DNA of 34,131 bases from a virus (lineage: Duplodnaviria > Caudoviricetes), in the IMG/VR virus record IMGVR_UViG_3300027715_000022, positions 1-34,131 of that record; one strand, 5' to 3'. The notes under the pieces are model-generated. The model saw nothing but the letters and a program-made list of their open reading frames with translations. It was not told the DNA's origin and made no database searches. Position numbers and translations under genes: made by a program. Of this stretch, positions 1 through 8,863 are shown piece after piece. Positions within the stretch are counted from its first letter, which is position 1. Each line of letters begins with the position of its first letter.

Positions 1-690
1 TTCTGTTGTGTTTGTTTCTGCCACGGTTGCTGTGTGTGCAGCATTGTTTTGACCACTCGTGAATCCTGCAACAACCGCCTGTGAATTAAGAGTGGCATTC
101 TCAATAACGAACATTGTTTGTAATAAATCAACCACATGCAAATCCAACTGCTGATACCCAGCGCCATTCGCTTTGGCTAGATTCCGGAATTCAATAATGT
201 TTTTATTGAACAGTGGAAATTTACCGGTTTTAGACTCTAAGCGTGTGCCGTCATCGGAAAGGCTACCGTTATACTTACCGATGTCGATATAATCCAACTC
301 TTTGTTATTAACGAAATCCCAGAAACACCACGGCAGATACCAGCCAGAACCAGATTTACCCCTAGACACTCGACGGGCGATGAATCCTGAATTTACATCT
401 TTGTTGATGTAGGTTTTCGGGAAGCGACTGAACACGTTGCCGTATGAATCTGTTACTTCTTCAACGTCTTTGAATATTGATGACAAATCCAACCCATTAA
501 ACGCGGGAGTTGCATCGATCCCTGCGTTGACTGTTTGCCCGATGTTTTTGTCGGTTCTGATCAATGTCGGGCTTGACCCCTTGTTCCAGCATGTGCCGTA
601 AATGTCTGCATTGCCGTCTTCAATATTGGCTACTCGCTTGCTAAGCTTTTTGTTTTTAACAAAATTGAACAACGCCATATTATCCATCAT
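1..690 (-). CDS. Partial (runs off left edge) phage protein resembling CLec/FGE-sulfatase-like receptor-binding proteins, a family often targeted by DGRs
   Basis: Not in ORF track. ATG at 690 overlaps the upstream TGA (ATGA) and the frame stays open to base 1: MMDNMALFNFVKNKKLSKRVANIEDGNADIYGTCWNKGSSPTLIRTD...FPKTYI...LPWCFWD...ELDYIDIGKYNGSLSDDGTRLESKTGKFP...EFRNLAKANGAGYQQLD...LLQTMFVIENATLNSQ. Confidence 0.6.
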   Translation of the reverse strand, partial: MMDNMALFNFVKNKKLSKRVANIEDGNADIYGTCWNKGSSPTLIRTDKNIGQTVNAGIDATPAFNGLDLSSIFKDVEEVTDSYGNVFSRFPKTYINKDVNSGFIARRVSRGKSGSGWYLPWCFWDFVNNKELDYIDIGKYNGSLSDDGTRLESKTGKFPLFNKNIIEFRNLAKANGAGYQQLDLHVVDLLQTMFVIENATLNSQAVVAGFTSGQNNAAHTATVAETNTTE

Positions 691-869
691 TCGTCCGCTC
701 CGATCTCGCCCCACTCTGTTCCGTCAAATAAATACAACTGCTCTGTATCAGTGGTAAAGGCCGTTGACCCCGTGCCACAGCTTAAGCTTGCAAGATTTGG
801 CAAATCGGCTGCTTTGCAAATAAATTCTTTCGTGTCGCCGTCTGTTATTGTGCCAACTCGTTTTATCAT
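687..869 (-). CDS. Small hypothetical protein (60 aa); GSTAFTTDTEQLYLFDGTEW resembles Mtd-N/fibre N-terminal modules
   Basis: ATG at 869 with AAAGGAAAC RBS is a better start than 956; translationally coupled to the next gene. Confidence 0.65.
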   Translation of the reverse strand: MIKRVGTITDGDTKEFICKAADLPNLASLSCGTGSTAFTTDTEQLYLFDGTEWGEIGADE

Positions 870-884
870 AATTGTTTCCTTTCT

Positions 885-909
885 AAAAAAAGGCTGCCCG
901 AAAGCAGCC
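885..909 (-). terminator. Intrinsic terminator after endolysin
   Basis: GGCTGC-TTTCGG-GCAGCC followed by T7 on the minus strand. Confidence 0.75.
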
Positions 910-918
910 CTAAAAAAT

Positions 919-1830
919 CTATTCCTGGCAATAAACTCCGCATCCAGGTAGCTCAAGGTGAGTAAACCCGCTGGATCTGTAATACCTCGCCCCGCAACCG
1001 GTCAGCTCGTTTGCGGCGACCGCTACCTCATACGGACTGAATCCCGGCACCACAATATCAACCGCCTGCCATGTTGTGTGGTAGCTGCCCGGAATACCGC
1101 CCCAATGATCGTTGCAATCCTGGCAGCGGATCATCGACGTGACGATAATCATTGCCCCGAGATATTCCCGCAAACGATCCAAAATATTAATTAAATACGG
1201 CGCATTCTGATTTTTTAAATCCTGTTCGGGGTAGCCATCGCACCAACCGAACCCATATTCCGGTTTAACGCAATCACAGGCCAATTCAGCCCATGCGAAA
1301 TATTTCCCCGCCATATTTGGGTTGACAACCGGATCGGCGGCTGGCGGGGCCACATATTCGACAAATCCCAGCACGCCATCGGTCTTCAGGCTCACTCCCT
1401 TCTTGAATACCATGATCCGGATCGCCTCGGCTTGCAGGTCTAATCCGACGGTCCCCGCCAGTTCGCCGCCGCTCATCCAATTCATCCATCCGCGGTTTTT
1501 TACATGGACCTGGAACCAAATTTCATAATCGGCCGCATCGGCCCCGGACAGCTGCAGCTGGATAGCTTGCAAGGCTAATCCTTCCCCGACGGTCCCACAA
1601 ATGGCGCCGTCATAGACCGGATCTAACCATCCCTTTTGGGCGACGTGGGCTCGGCACATGACGTGCAGATCCACGCCATCTGGTACTTCCAGTTTGCAGG
1701 TAAATGCTTCTAATCGCTTATTCTGCCCGGTGGTCCCAGCATCCACCCCGTTTCGGACTTCGGGTTTCCAGCCATCGTTCTGGACGTGGGTGCTGTAGAC
1801 GGTGTTAATATCGAATAATTGATTACTCAT
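919..1830 (-). CDS. Endolysin: three N-terminal ChW repeats plus C-terminal peptidase M15A (Zn D-Ala-D-Ala peptidase fold)
   Basis: ChW repeats HVQNDGW..GTTGQNKRLEA, HVAQKGW..GTVGEGLALQA, HVKNRGW..GTVGLDLQAEA; M15A motifs SMIRC..N..GG..SYH...AVD and FTHLE; next to holin. Confidence 0.85.
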   Translation of the reverse strand: MSNQLFDINTVYSTHVQNDGWKPEVRNGVDAGTTGQNKRLEAFTCKLEVPDGVDLHVMCRAHVAQKGWLDPVYDGAICGTVGEGLALQAIQLQLSGADAADYEIWFQVHVKNRGWMNWMSGGELAGTVGLDLQAEAIRIMVFKKGVSLKTDGVLGFVEYVAPPAADPVVNPNMAGKYFAWAELACDCVKPEYGFGWCDGYPEQDLKNQNAPYLINILDRLREYLGAMIIVTSMIRCQDCNDHWGGIPGSYHTTWQAVDIVVPGFSPYEVAVAANELTGCGARYYRSSGFTHLELPGCGVYCQE

Positions 1831-1831
1831 C

Positions 1832-2026
1832 TTACCAATTCTCCTTATCGGCTGGGTTGTTGAGCAGCCCGACCATGGTTGCTATCTCGACGACTGATGC
1901 CCCTGCAATTTTGATCGTATCCGCAATATCAGGGTTAAATAATGCCACCAGCAATACAACCTGCGCCACGATGCCAACCCACACAATTTTACTTTTCAGA
2001 CGATCTTTGATTAATTCTTTGTTCAT
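1832..2026 (-). CDS. Holin (2 TM helices)
   Basis: RLKSKIVWVGIVAQVVLLV and GLLNNP motifs; immediately upstream of endolysin. Confidence 0.8.
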   Translation of the reverse strand: MNKELIKDRLKSKIVWVGIVAQVVLLVALFNPDIADTIKIAGASVVEIATMVGLLNNPADKENW

Positions 2027-2039
2027 TTTCTATTTCTCC

Positions 2040-2324
2040 TTACTTCTCATGTGATTTTCTGAGCATATACTCATCAATTTCGTTGATCGAATCATCAACA
2101 TTGCCATTACACCGTTTCCCGGACACTGCTTCAAGTGCCGCTTTTTGCGCCCTGAGCAATATCATTCGTTCCTCCAAGCTGTCATTAATACATTCGTCAT
2201 GTTCTTGGATCTTTTCCTCGATTTTATCCGCACGCCGGCAAAACTTATAAACAACTCCAAATAGGGCGCCTATTGTCAAAAGTGCCCCGGACCAATTCCC
2301 AATAACTCCGATGTCGATAACCAT
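2040..2324 (-). CDS. Lysis-module membrane protein (N-terminal TM plus coiled coil; holin/antiholin-like)
   Basis: Start MVIDIG at 2324 with GGGGG RBS; TM segment WSGALLTIGALFGVVY; C-terminal CNGNV motif common in such phage proteins. Confidence 0.6.
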   Translation of the reverse strand: MVIDIGVIGNWSGALLTIGALFGVVYKFCRRADKIEEKIQEHDECINDSLEERMILLRAQKAALEAVSGKRCNGNVDDSINEIDEYMLRKSHEK

Positions 2325-2366
2325 AAACCGCCCCCTTTCAGTTAATAGGGACGGTTTCCCGCCCCT
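2325..2366 (-). promoter_or_regulatory. GAAA-tetraloop hairpin whose 3' arm can alternatively pair with the RBS of the first lysis gene
   Basis: AGGGGCGG-GAAA-CCGTCCCT; AAACCGTCCCT also pairs with GGGGGCGGTTT just before the ATG at 2324. Confidence 0.45.
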
Positions 2367-2373
2367 GAGCAAT

Positions 2374-2400
2374 AAAAAAACAGCCTATGATAAAGCTGCT
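2374..2400 (-). terminator. Intrinsic terminator between tail and lysis modules
   Basis: AGCAGCTT-TATCAT-AGGCTGTT followed by a T-tract. Confidence 0.6.
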
Positions 2401-2561
2401 ACTTCTCGGTTTGCAATTTCAACAATCACTTCCGCTCTAAGCGTGGTTTTTGTTCCATCGCTCAATTCCCATTCTGTTTCCGGCACTTCTTCAAGTTTTT
2501 TTCTTCCTGCCATTACCAGGGTGGCATAAGCGTTAACTAATCTTTTTTGTAATGCTGTCAT
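2385..2561 (-). CDS. Small phage protein (58 aa), CD1375/XkdX-like
   Basis: Not in track: MTALQKRLVNAYATLVMAGRKKLEEVPETEWELSDGTKTTLRAEVIVEIANREVAALS; GGAGG RBS; YAxLxxxGxKxxEEVP motif; position after tail fibre. Confidence 0.7.
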   Translation of the reverse strand: MTALQKRLVNAYATLVMAGRKKLEEVPETEWELSDGTKTTLRAEVIVEIANREVAALS

Positions 2562-2770
2562 TATAATAGTCCTCCTTCTGTTAGTATTTCGATGACCAAT
2601 AATTCTGTTTCCGCTTTTCTTATTTCTTCATTAGACGGAACCAGGCTATCTAACACCTCCTGTTCTTCAGACGCTTGAATTTCTGATTCACGCTGTGTGA
2701 TTTCTTCGACAGTTAGTTCAATGATTTCTGTTGTGCCAGTTTGACAATTAAATATAATTTTTTTCATCAA
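2561..2770 (-). CDS. Small tail-fibre-associated protein (possible chaperone)
   Basis: Coupled to the fibre stop; NCQTGTTEIIELT motif; position. Confidence 0.55.
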   Translation of the reverse strand: MMKKIIFNCQTGTTEIIELTVEEITQRESEIQASEEQEVLDSLVPSNEEIRKAETELLVIEILTEGGLL

Positions 2771-4797
2771 TATTCACCGTATACTTTCACTTTTAATCCG
2801 GCCATGATGGGGTAGGATGCAGAATTGGATCCAGATATTTTTATGTTTGTAACCTTGTTGTCAAGATTTTTCCAAAATCCGGAACCTTCTTTTAAATATG
2901 CGTCTACTAAAGACCTGACTCTACATGATTTATAAGCTTTTATAGCACCCTGCTCAATTTCTATTTCCGAATAACATTGTATCAAGCTATCACCAAAACG
3001 CATACAAGATCCTACGCCGCAATCTATTGCAGTTAATATTGATGAACCAGCGGAATTTCCATATCCGTCCCATAACGCTGTTTGATAATTTCCGTTTGTA
3101 ACATCACTGTTAAATGACAACTGTAAATTTTGCGCTGTAAGTGCACTTAGTGCATTTTGGATTACAACTTTAAGCCTTGAATATACAGGAGGTATATCAG
3201 AAATTATAATTGATTCTGCATTTGCGGTTGTCTCAACGTCAGCAATAAGATCAACGCCATGCTTTTTAATCCGCTTGTAAGTTAAGCTTGTATTATAAAC
3301 AGCAGGAGAATTAACATTTTTATTGTCCCTACTCAATAAAAATCTGACTTGCAAAGATGGATAGTCATCTGCTGACAGACCTGATAAATCAATTCCCGAT
3401 TCAACATCATTCAAAACAGCTTTTATTCCAGCAAAGTATCTGAAGCATCTGAACTGAGTACCATCTACACCATTGGCAACTCCGCCAGTAATAGAGATAT
3501 CGTCACCCGTCGTCGGGACCGCTGTACTCACATAACCACAAGACCAAGATGATGGTTCAAAACTCACTATGTAATAAGTCTCGCCAGCGCTTAATGGATA
3601 ATGGATCGAAAATGCGCTCCCAGATGCAAGGGTAGTGTTTCCGTTAAAAGATTCATATTCACGTAGAACATTTTTATTTGAATCAAGAAGTTGAATGACG
3701 CTTAGTGCATTTGCGTAAGGTGTTATTTTTAACCCCTTTAGATCTGTAAGTGGCTGTAATTTAACTCCTTGCAGTAAGTTGGCAGTTCCTGTCACGGTAC
3801 TTGTATACCCGAGGTTGAGAGTGGTTCCCTCTTTTATAAAATCGCATTGAATATCAGACCCTTCACCTAACGTTTGTTTCCATTCAAAGTTACCCCATTT
3901 TTCCAAATCGAGTGGTTTAACTGTTTTTATGACAGTTCCTTCAATGGCACTCACAACCTCGTCTATAAAAGTAATTTGAATCCTGTAACGGGTTGATGTC
4001 GAATAGCTTACGCCAGTCATTGATAAGTCATTGTAACTAACAACATCACTTAAATAAGAATGTAAAGTAGATGAATAATACTGACTGACTCCAGCTGTAT
4101 TGGTTATTTGAAACTGGATTTCAATAACGTCACTTTCTCCGGAATAACTGACATCATTTGCATCAAAATAATACATTGGTTGTGATGATGCGTTTGGATA
4201 ACTAGCGTGTAATTTCCATGGGCCAAGTTCTCCTGTTGTTTTATTTCTTAAGCGTGCGGCTGGTAGTGTGACTGCTGACGGATAAAAAAGTGATGCCGAA
4301 AATACTCTTTTTGTAATCACAGAAGGGTTTAGTATAAATCCTATATACGATGTCGCTGTGGTTTGATTTGAACCGCCTGTATCAATTGTTTCTGTTTCGC
4401 CTGAATAAAAACTTCCTAGCTGGAATTTTTTATTTTTCAACACACAATTATTTAATGCAAAATCTTCCACGTTCGTATTATTGGAATATCTACCTAATTC
4501 TTTTGATTCCGGGAAAATCAAGTTCCCACTTGCGTCAACCCGATCGGTTTTAACGTGCCCTAAAACAGAACTCCCCGATTTTAGAATTTCGTGTGCTGCA
4601 AAATCGTCGTGGCTTGTTTTCCCATCCCATTCCGCCTGCTTCTCCGCCGTGACGTGGGCGGCGGTGTCGGCGATGTGGTCAGCGGATTTCTTCAACTCAC
4701 CGTCAATAATATCCATGTTGTCGCTATTGATCGTCTCTGTATAAAACTCATCCTCGTCTTGTTTTCGTAAATGGTAATTGGGTGTCAAAGTCTCCAT
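2767..4797 (-). CDS. Tail fibre / receptor-binding protein
   Basis: N-terminal TPNYHLRKQ...NMDIID anchor motif, LGHVK motif, S/T/G-rich beta domains; follows baseplate genes. Confidence 0.75.
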   Translation of the reverse strand: METLTPNYHLRKQDEDEFYTETINSDNMDIIDGELKKSADHIADTAAHVTAEKQAEWDGKTSHDDFAAHEILKSGSSVLGHVKTDRVDASGNLIFPESKELGRYSNNTNVEDFALNNCVLKNKKFQLGSFYSGETETIDTGGSNQTTATSYIGFILNPSVITKRVFSASLFYPSAVTLPAARLRNKTTGELGPWKLHASYPNASSQPMYYFDANDVSYSGESDVIEIQFQITNTAGVSQYYSSTLHSYLSDVVSYNDLSMTGVSYSTSTRYRIQITFIDEVVSAIEGTVIKTVKPLDLEKWGNFEWKQTLGEGSDIQCDFIKEGTTLNLGYTSTVTGTANLLQGVKLQPLTDLKGLKITPYANALSVIQLLDSNKNVLREYESFNGNTTLASGSAFSIHYPLSAGETYYIVSFEPSSWSCGYVSTAVPTTGDDISITGGVANGVDGTQFRCFRYFAGIKAVLNDVESGIDLSGLSADDYPSLQVRFLLSRDNKNVNSPAVYNTSLTYKRIKKHGVDLIADVETTANAESIIISDIPPVYSRLKVVIQNALSALTAQNLQLSFNSDVTNGNYQTALWDGYGNSAGSSILTAIDCGVGSCMRFGDSLIQCYSEIEIEQGAIKAYKSCRVRSLVDAYLKEGSGFWKNLDNKVTNIKISGSNSASYPIMAGLKVKVYGEY

Positions 4798-5345
4798 TAC
4801 GATATCACCTCATTTCTTAATTGTTTGTTGGTATATGCCGATAATTGTGCGTTGGTAAATGGATGCAGCGTTTTGTTTTGGTTGTAAAGCAAACTCAAAT
4901 CAATCACCATATTTGTCGGACGTTGTTTCAACAGTAGCAATTCAACCGCATCATACATCCCTTTTACGCCTAACGCTACCCGGACTATTATTTTTCGTGC
5001 TGAATGATCAATATTTAACGAATACCCATCGTCACCGCACAGCGCTGCCAATTGTTCCGGCAATGTCCATTTCGTATAGGGTAACTTCTCCTGTTTTCTG
5101 GCCAGCAATCGGAATCGCCTGATCTCAAGCGTATCTGTTCCCTTTGGCACAATCCCCATGATCTTTTCCAGTCGTGAAATCCCGTTTTCAGTTGCAGTTT
5201 GAATAAACTGATCAGCGAACAGATTGAGATATGCTGTTCGCAATCGTTCAATCTCAGCATTTTCGGCGGCACAAATCGCTTTAAATTCTTTCGTGTCTGC
5301 CAGAATCGGGGGAACGTATTCGATCAGATTAATTGTTCTATCCAC
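4797..5345 (-). CDS. Baseplate protein XkdU/YmfQ-like (DUF2313)
   Basis: FIQTATENGISRLEKIMGIVP..DTLEIRRFR motif; synteny. Confidence 0.8.
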   Translation of the reverse strand: MDRTINLIEYVPPILADTKEFKAICAAENAEIERLRTAYLNLFADQFIQTATENGISRLEKIMGIVPKGTDTLEIRRFRLLARKQEKLPYTKWTLPEQLAALCGDDGYSLNIDHSARKIIVRVALGVKGMYDAVELLLLKQRPTNMVIDLSLLYNQNKTLHPFTNAQLSAYTNKQLRNEVIS

Positions 5346-6435
5346 TCGTTGTCCCCCTCACTGCGATATTGTCAACGCCTAAAGTCAGATTGCTGGCCGT
5401 ACCATTTAAGGTCGTTCCGGTGATATCCAGAACGCCGGTAATGTTCAAGAGCCGTGTCTCAATCTGCGATATTCGCACGATTAAACCATTGTTTACCGTC
5501 AGTGTCTTTGTAGATTGCCATGTCTGGTTTAGCTCTGTAAAATAGGCGTCTATCGCTGCATTGACGTAACTCTGTATGTCTGCCCAGGTATAACCGCTTT
5601 GATAAGTGATCGTAGTTGCAATATTGACCGCTGTTGTCGTTACCCCAGCAATTGTCACAACATGATCAATCGGGGCGATTCCATAACCTTGACCAGAATA
5701 AGCCGCCGGGTCGACCGCTTCTTGAACCGCTGCGATCAATTCAGCTGCTGGCTGACCAAACAATGAGTTGATGATTACCGCTTTAACCGTGCCGGCCCCG
5801 TTCCAAACAGGATAGATCTTTACACCTCCAACACCATCTAAATCATTAATTTCTTTGGTATAGTCAGCAACATTACCGCCGTACGCTTTATCATCGAATG
5901 AATCAAAATACTCTGTTCTGATGCTCTCTGTCGCCTGTTCATCTTCGCCCGGTATCAACACCTCGGTCAATTTACAGGTTTCAAGTCCTGGTACATATAG
6001 AACCGGGATCAGATCCCCCAGGTATTGATTGCCTACAACGCCCAGAGACTCGCATTGCAATCTATACACACCATCACTTATTTTCTCTGTGATGGCGTAA
6101 TTTACGCCATTTCCGCTGAATCTGGTACCGATTATCATTTCTAAACTTGACGGTGTAAAAACGCCTTTTAGAACGGCATAAGTTGCCGGATCGGGAGTCA
6201 TGCCAGTTTCAGCCGTTCGCTTGATTAAATTATCCCGGCTGGCTGTATCTGCGAAAGTTTCGTTAAGTGTCACGTCTAATTTGATATACATCTGTGCCAG
6301 CTCCGCGCTGTTCCCAGCTGTGGCAAAATGGATCATCGAACCCTCCCGGGTGTCCAGTTCGCTGCCCCCGTCCATTGCCTTGATAAAGTCCATTTTTCGG
6401 GCTTGTATGACTTCGAAAGTCTCATTTTCATACAC
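5338..6435 (-). CDS. Baseplate J/XkdT-like wedge protein
   Basis: DTREGS, GGNVADY, VGGVKIYPVWNGAGTVK, APIDHVVTI motifs. Confidence 0.9.
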   Translation of the reverse strand: MYENETFEVIQARKMDFIKAMDGGSELDTREGSMIHFATAGNSAELAQMYIKLDVTLNETFADTASRDNLIKRTAETGMTPDPATYAVLKGVFTPSSLEMIIGTRFSGNGVNYAITEKISDGVYRLQCESLGVVGNQYLGDLIPVLYVPGLETCKLTEVLIPGEDEQATESIRTEYFDSFDDKAYGGNVADYTKEINDLDGVGGVKIYPVWNGAGTVKAVIINSLFGQPAAELIAAVQEAVDPAAYSGQGYGIAPIDHVVTIAGVTTTAVNIATTITYQSGYTWADIQSYVNAAIDAYFTELNQTWQSTKTLTVNNGLIVRISQIETRLLNITGVLDITGTTLNGTASNLTLGVDNIAVRGTTSG

Positions 6436-6816
6436 TTATAAACTCACCTCGCTTTCCTGTGTAAAATCGCCGTATATTGTCACAACACGATAGTTTGCCA
6501 ATAGCTTGCTGCCTTGTTCTGTAAACTCGAAATCAACCACATCATTGATCCGATCATCTTGTGTCAATGCTTCACGAATATAGCGTTCGGCTTCCGGGAT
6601 GACCAACTCCATTGGCTGGCCGATTAATTGGTTTAATTCATGACCAAAATTCCACGAAACAACCGGGTTGTCGAATCGGGCAACGTCAAGGATAATCGCA
6701 ACCGCCTGCTTGACTGCTTCGATTTGGTCGATGTAGCCCGGGGAGCCGATAGGGAATGTTTTGGATGGTTGGGCCTCAGTGTTTATCGTTACGGCATTAT
6801 TGTATTCTGGTAACAT
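6436..6816 (-). CDS. XkdS-like baseplate protein (DUF2634, gp25-like)
   Basis: EAVKQAV...SWNFGHEL..LIG...IREALTQDDRI...VVTIYG. Confidence 0.85.
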   Translation of the reverse strand: MLPEYNNAVTINTEAQPSKTFPIGSPGYIDQIEAVKQAVAIILDVARFDNPVVSWNFGHELNQLIGQPMELVIPEAERYIREALTQDDRINDVVDFEFTEQGSKLLANYRVVTIYGDFTQESEVSL

Positions 6817-7158
6817 TTAACTCACCACCCGATCTATAACTGTGTATTTTTGCCCGCCCTGGTCCCGGACCATAAAAACGGATTCACCGATTTTCAGACC
6901 GTTTTTTATCGTGATCGTGTAAGTTCCAGATGCATAATCACCGTTAGAATCGAAAACAGCGGGGATAACAACCTCGGTGGTGTGATCTTTTACCGCATTG
7001 GTCAACCTCAGCATCGACGCATATAATGGGGTTTTTTGATCTATCATAATCTTCAGGGGATTAACTGAAACGACCACCCCCGCCGCAATGATTACCGGGT
7101 TTAATGCTGTGCTATGTTCAGCTGATAATTGTTTTAAAGCATCAACCAGATCAGCCAT
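6817..7158 (-). CDS. XkdR-like spike protein (DUF2577)
   Basis: GVVVSVNPLKI...GLKIGESV...QGGQKY.VIDRV. Confidence 0.8.
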   Translation of the reverse strand: MADLVDALKQLSAEHSTALNPVIIAAGVVVSVNPLKIMIDQKTPLYASMLRLTNAVKDHTTEVVIPAVFDSNGDYASGTYTITIKNGLKIGESVFMVRDQGGQKYTVIDRVVS

Positions 7159-8155
7159 GTTCAAAGCCTCCTTCCAGATCGAGATCCATTACATGGAACC
7201 CGGTTTTGAATCGATGTATAACTTTCTTTACCATCATCCAGCCATGGTAGGTTATACCGTTATAGGCAAACCCCATATTGGCGTAAGTGTCCAGGTTGAT
7301 TACCACACTTGATCCGCCCCTAACCCTGGCATCGCCAAAGCAATCAATCATCCTCAAGGTAATTTTTTTCCACTCTTTTTGCTTTAGCAGAATCTCTGCT
7401 TTATTGTCGCCGTTTTCGTCATCGGTGAGGGTATCGCTATACTGTAGTAATCCCCACTGGCTGATTCTACCCGTGTTTGATTTAACAAATACTTCCCGAG
7501 TGCCGTCATCCTTTTCCCTAAAAAGCTTGATCTGGTTGTAGGTGTCATCATCAATGTTTGTTTCAAAATCAAAATCCCCCGCCGTGTCGTTTCCGATCAC
7601 CAAGGGGATTTTGTGAAATTCGGTATCGTGAAGGGCCACCTCACCAAAGTTATCCCAAAGAATGTATTCTTTTCCTGTATTTTGAGCGGTTAATTGGATG
7701 GCTGACACGATCATATCGAGATACGCTTTTTGTTCTTCAATCCGGGAAGGAATCACATATCCGGTTGTCATAATGTCAGAACCGGCTTTAATCTGGCAAT
7801 CGCCACAAATCATCCGCAATAACTCTGCCAATGTCTTATTTTCATAAACATAGGTATCAGTATTTTTAAGGTATCGGATCTGATCGTAGGCCGTCACGCT
7901 AATAAATCCATTTTTATCTGGCCTGAGTCGAAACACAAACCCCTTAAAAAGAGCGTGCCCTGATCCTTTTGGCTCGATCTCATCTGATGTGAAAGTGACC
8001 AGATTCCCTTCTGCTATTTCAAGATTTTTCTTATCAGATAACAGCTTAAACTCAAGCACCGACACGCCATTTTTCTCCCGGGTGAGTGTGATATCGCCCT
8101 GAACAACCGGCAAATAAACCCGGTCGCCGCTTTGTGTTCTTAATTCAGTAGCCAT
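7151..8155 (-). CDS. XkdQ/YqbQ-like baseplate hub protein
   Basis: FKGFVF, AYDQIRYLKNTDTY, TYNQIKL, WGLLQY, HVMDLDL motifs. Confidence 0.85.
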   Translation of the reverse strand: MATELRTQSGDRVYLPVVQGDITLTREKNGVSVLEFKLLSDKKNLEIAEGNLVTFTSDEIEPKGSGHALFKGFVFRLRPDKNGFISVTAYDQIRYLKNTDTYVYENKTLAELLRMICGDCQIKAGSDIMTTGYVIPSRIEEQKAYLDMIVSAIQLTAQNTGKEYILWDNFGEVALHDTEFHKIPLVIGNDTAGDFDFETNIDDDTYNQIKLFREKDDGTREVFVKSNTGRISQWGLLQYSDTLTDDENGDNKAEILLKQKEWKKITLRMIDCFGDARVRGGSSVVINLDTYANMGFAYNGITYHGWMMVKKVIHRFKTGFHVMDLDLEGGFEHG

Positions 8156-8156
8156 A

Positions 8157-8849
8157 TCATACCCCCGTTAAATCAAGAACCTGTCCGGGCTGTATTAAGT
8201 CCGGGTCTGCAATGCCGTTCTTTTTAGCAGCCGCCATACATTTTGACCCGCTACCCAGTTCCCGGGCGCATATGGCCCAAAGTGAATCACCTGATTTTAC
8301 TGTATAAGTTCTCCGCTGGTTCGGTAGTTGCACCAGGGTTGGTTCAACTGGTCGGTCTGGTTCTTCGGGCGTCGCCACGTCGTTTTGGATCTTAAAGGTT
8401 TTTGTTCCATAATCGGGATAAGCCTTTAAAACAATACTCATCATGATGTCAACACCATTATCGGCACTTTCGTTTTGCTGCAGGTCTTCAATAGCGACCT
8501 TGATATTGGTATTAAATGAAGTGTTTATTTTCCCTTTATCGGCTTCTGTTTTTGGTACATACCGGGACAAGATGAACTGAAATGGTGTTTTTGTAGCCCT
8601 CAGTTCTGTCAACTTCTTAATGTAGTATTCCGCCGTTCGGAACTGGTTTCTTTGATACACCGCAAACGGGTACCGCACTTGAGGCAGTAAGAAATCAAAG
8701 GTTATTTCTTCCAGACCAGGGGCCCTGAGAATATTCACCTCAGAGCCGTCGATTAATTCAAATGTTTCATTTTTCCCTGGGGCGTGAATGCTGATCTCGC
8801 CAGGGGTTACGGGAAGCAATATTTTATTAAGATATACTAAATATGACAA
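8157..8849 (-). CDS. XkdP-like LysM-domain tail protein
   Basis: LPVTP N-terminus; C-terminal LysM YTVKSGDSLWAI...NGIADPDLIQPGQVL; TTG start. Confidence 0.9.
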   Translation of the reverse strand: MSYLVYLNKILLPVTPGEISIHAPGKNETFELIDGSEVNILRAPGLEEITFDFLLPQVRYPFAVYQRNQFRTAEYYIKKLTELRATKTPFQFILSRYVPKTEADKGKINTSFNTNIKVAIEDLQQNESADNGVDIMMSIVLKAYPDYGTKTFKIQNDVATPEEPDRPVEPTLVQLPNQRRTYTVKSGDSLWAICARELGSGSKCMAAAKKNGIADPDLIQPGQVLDLTGV

Positions 8850-8863
8850 GTTGCCCCCCCCCC

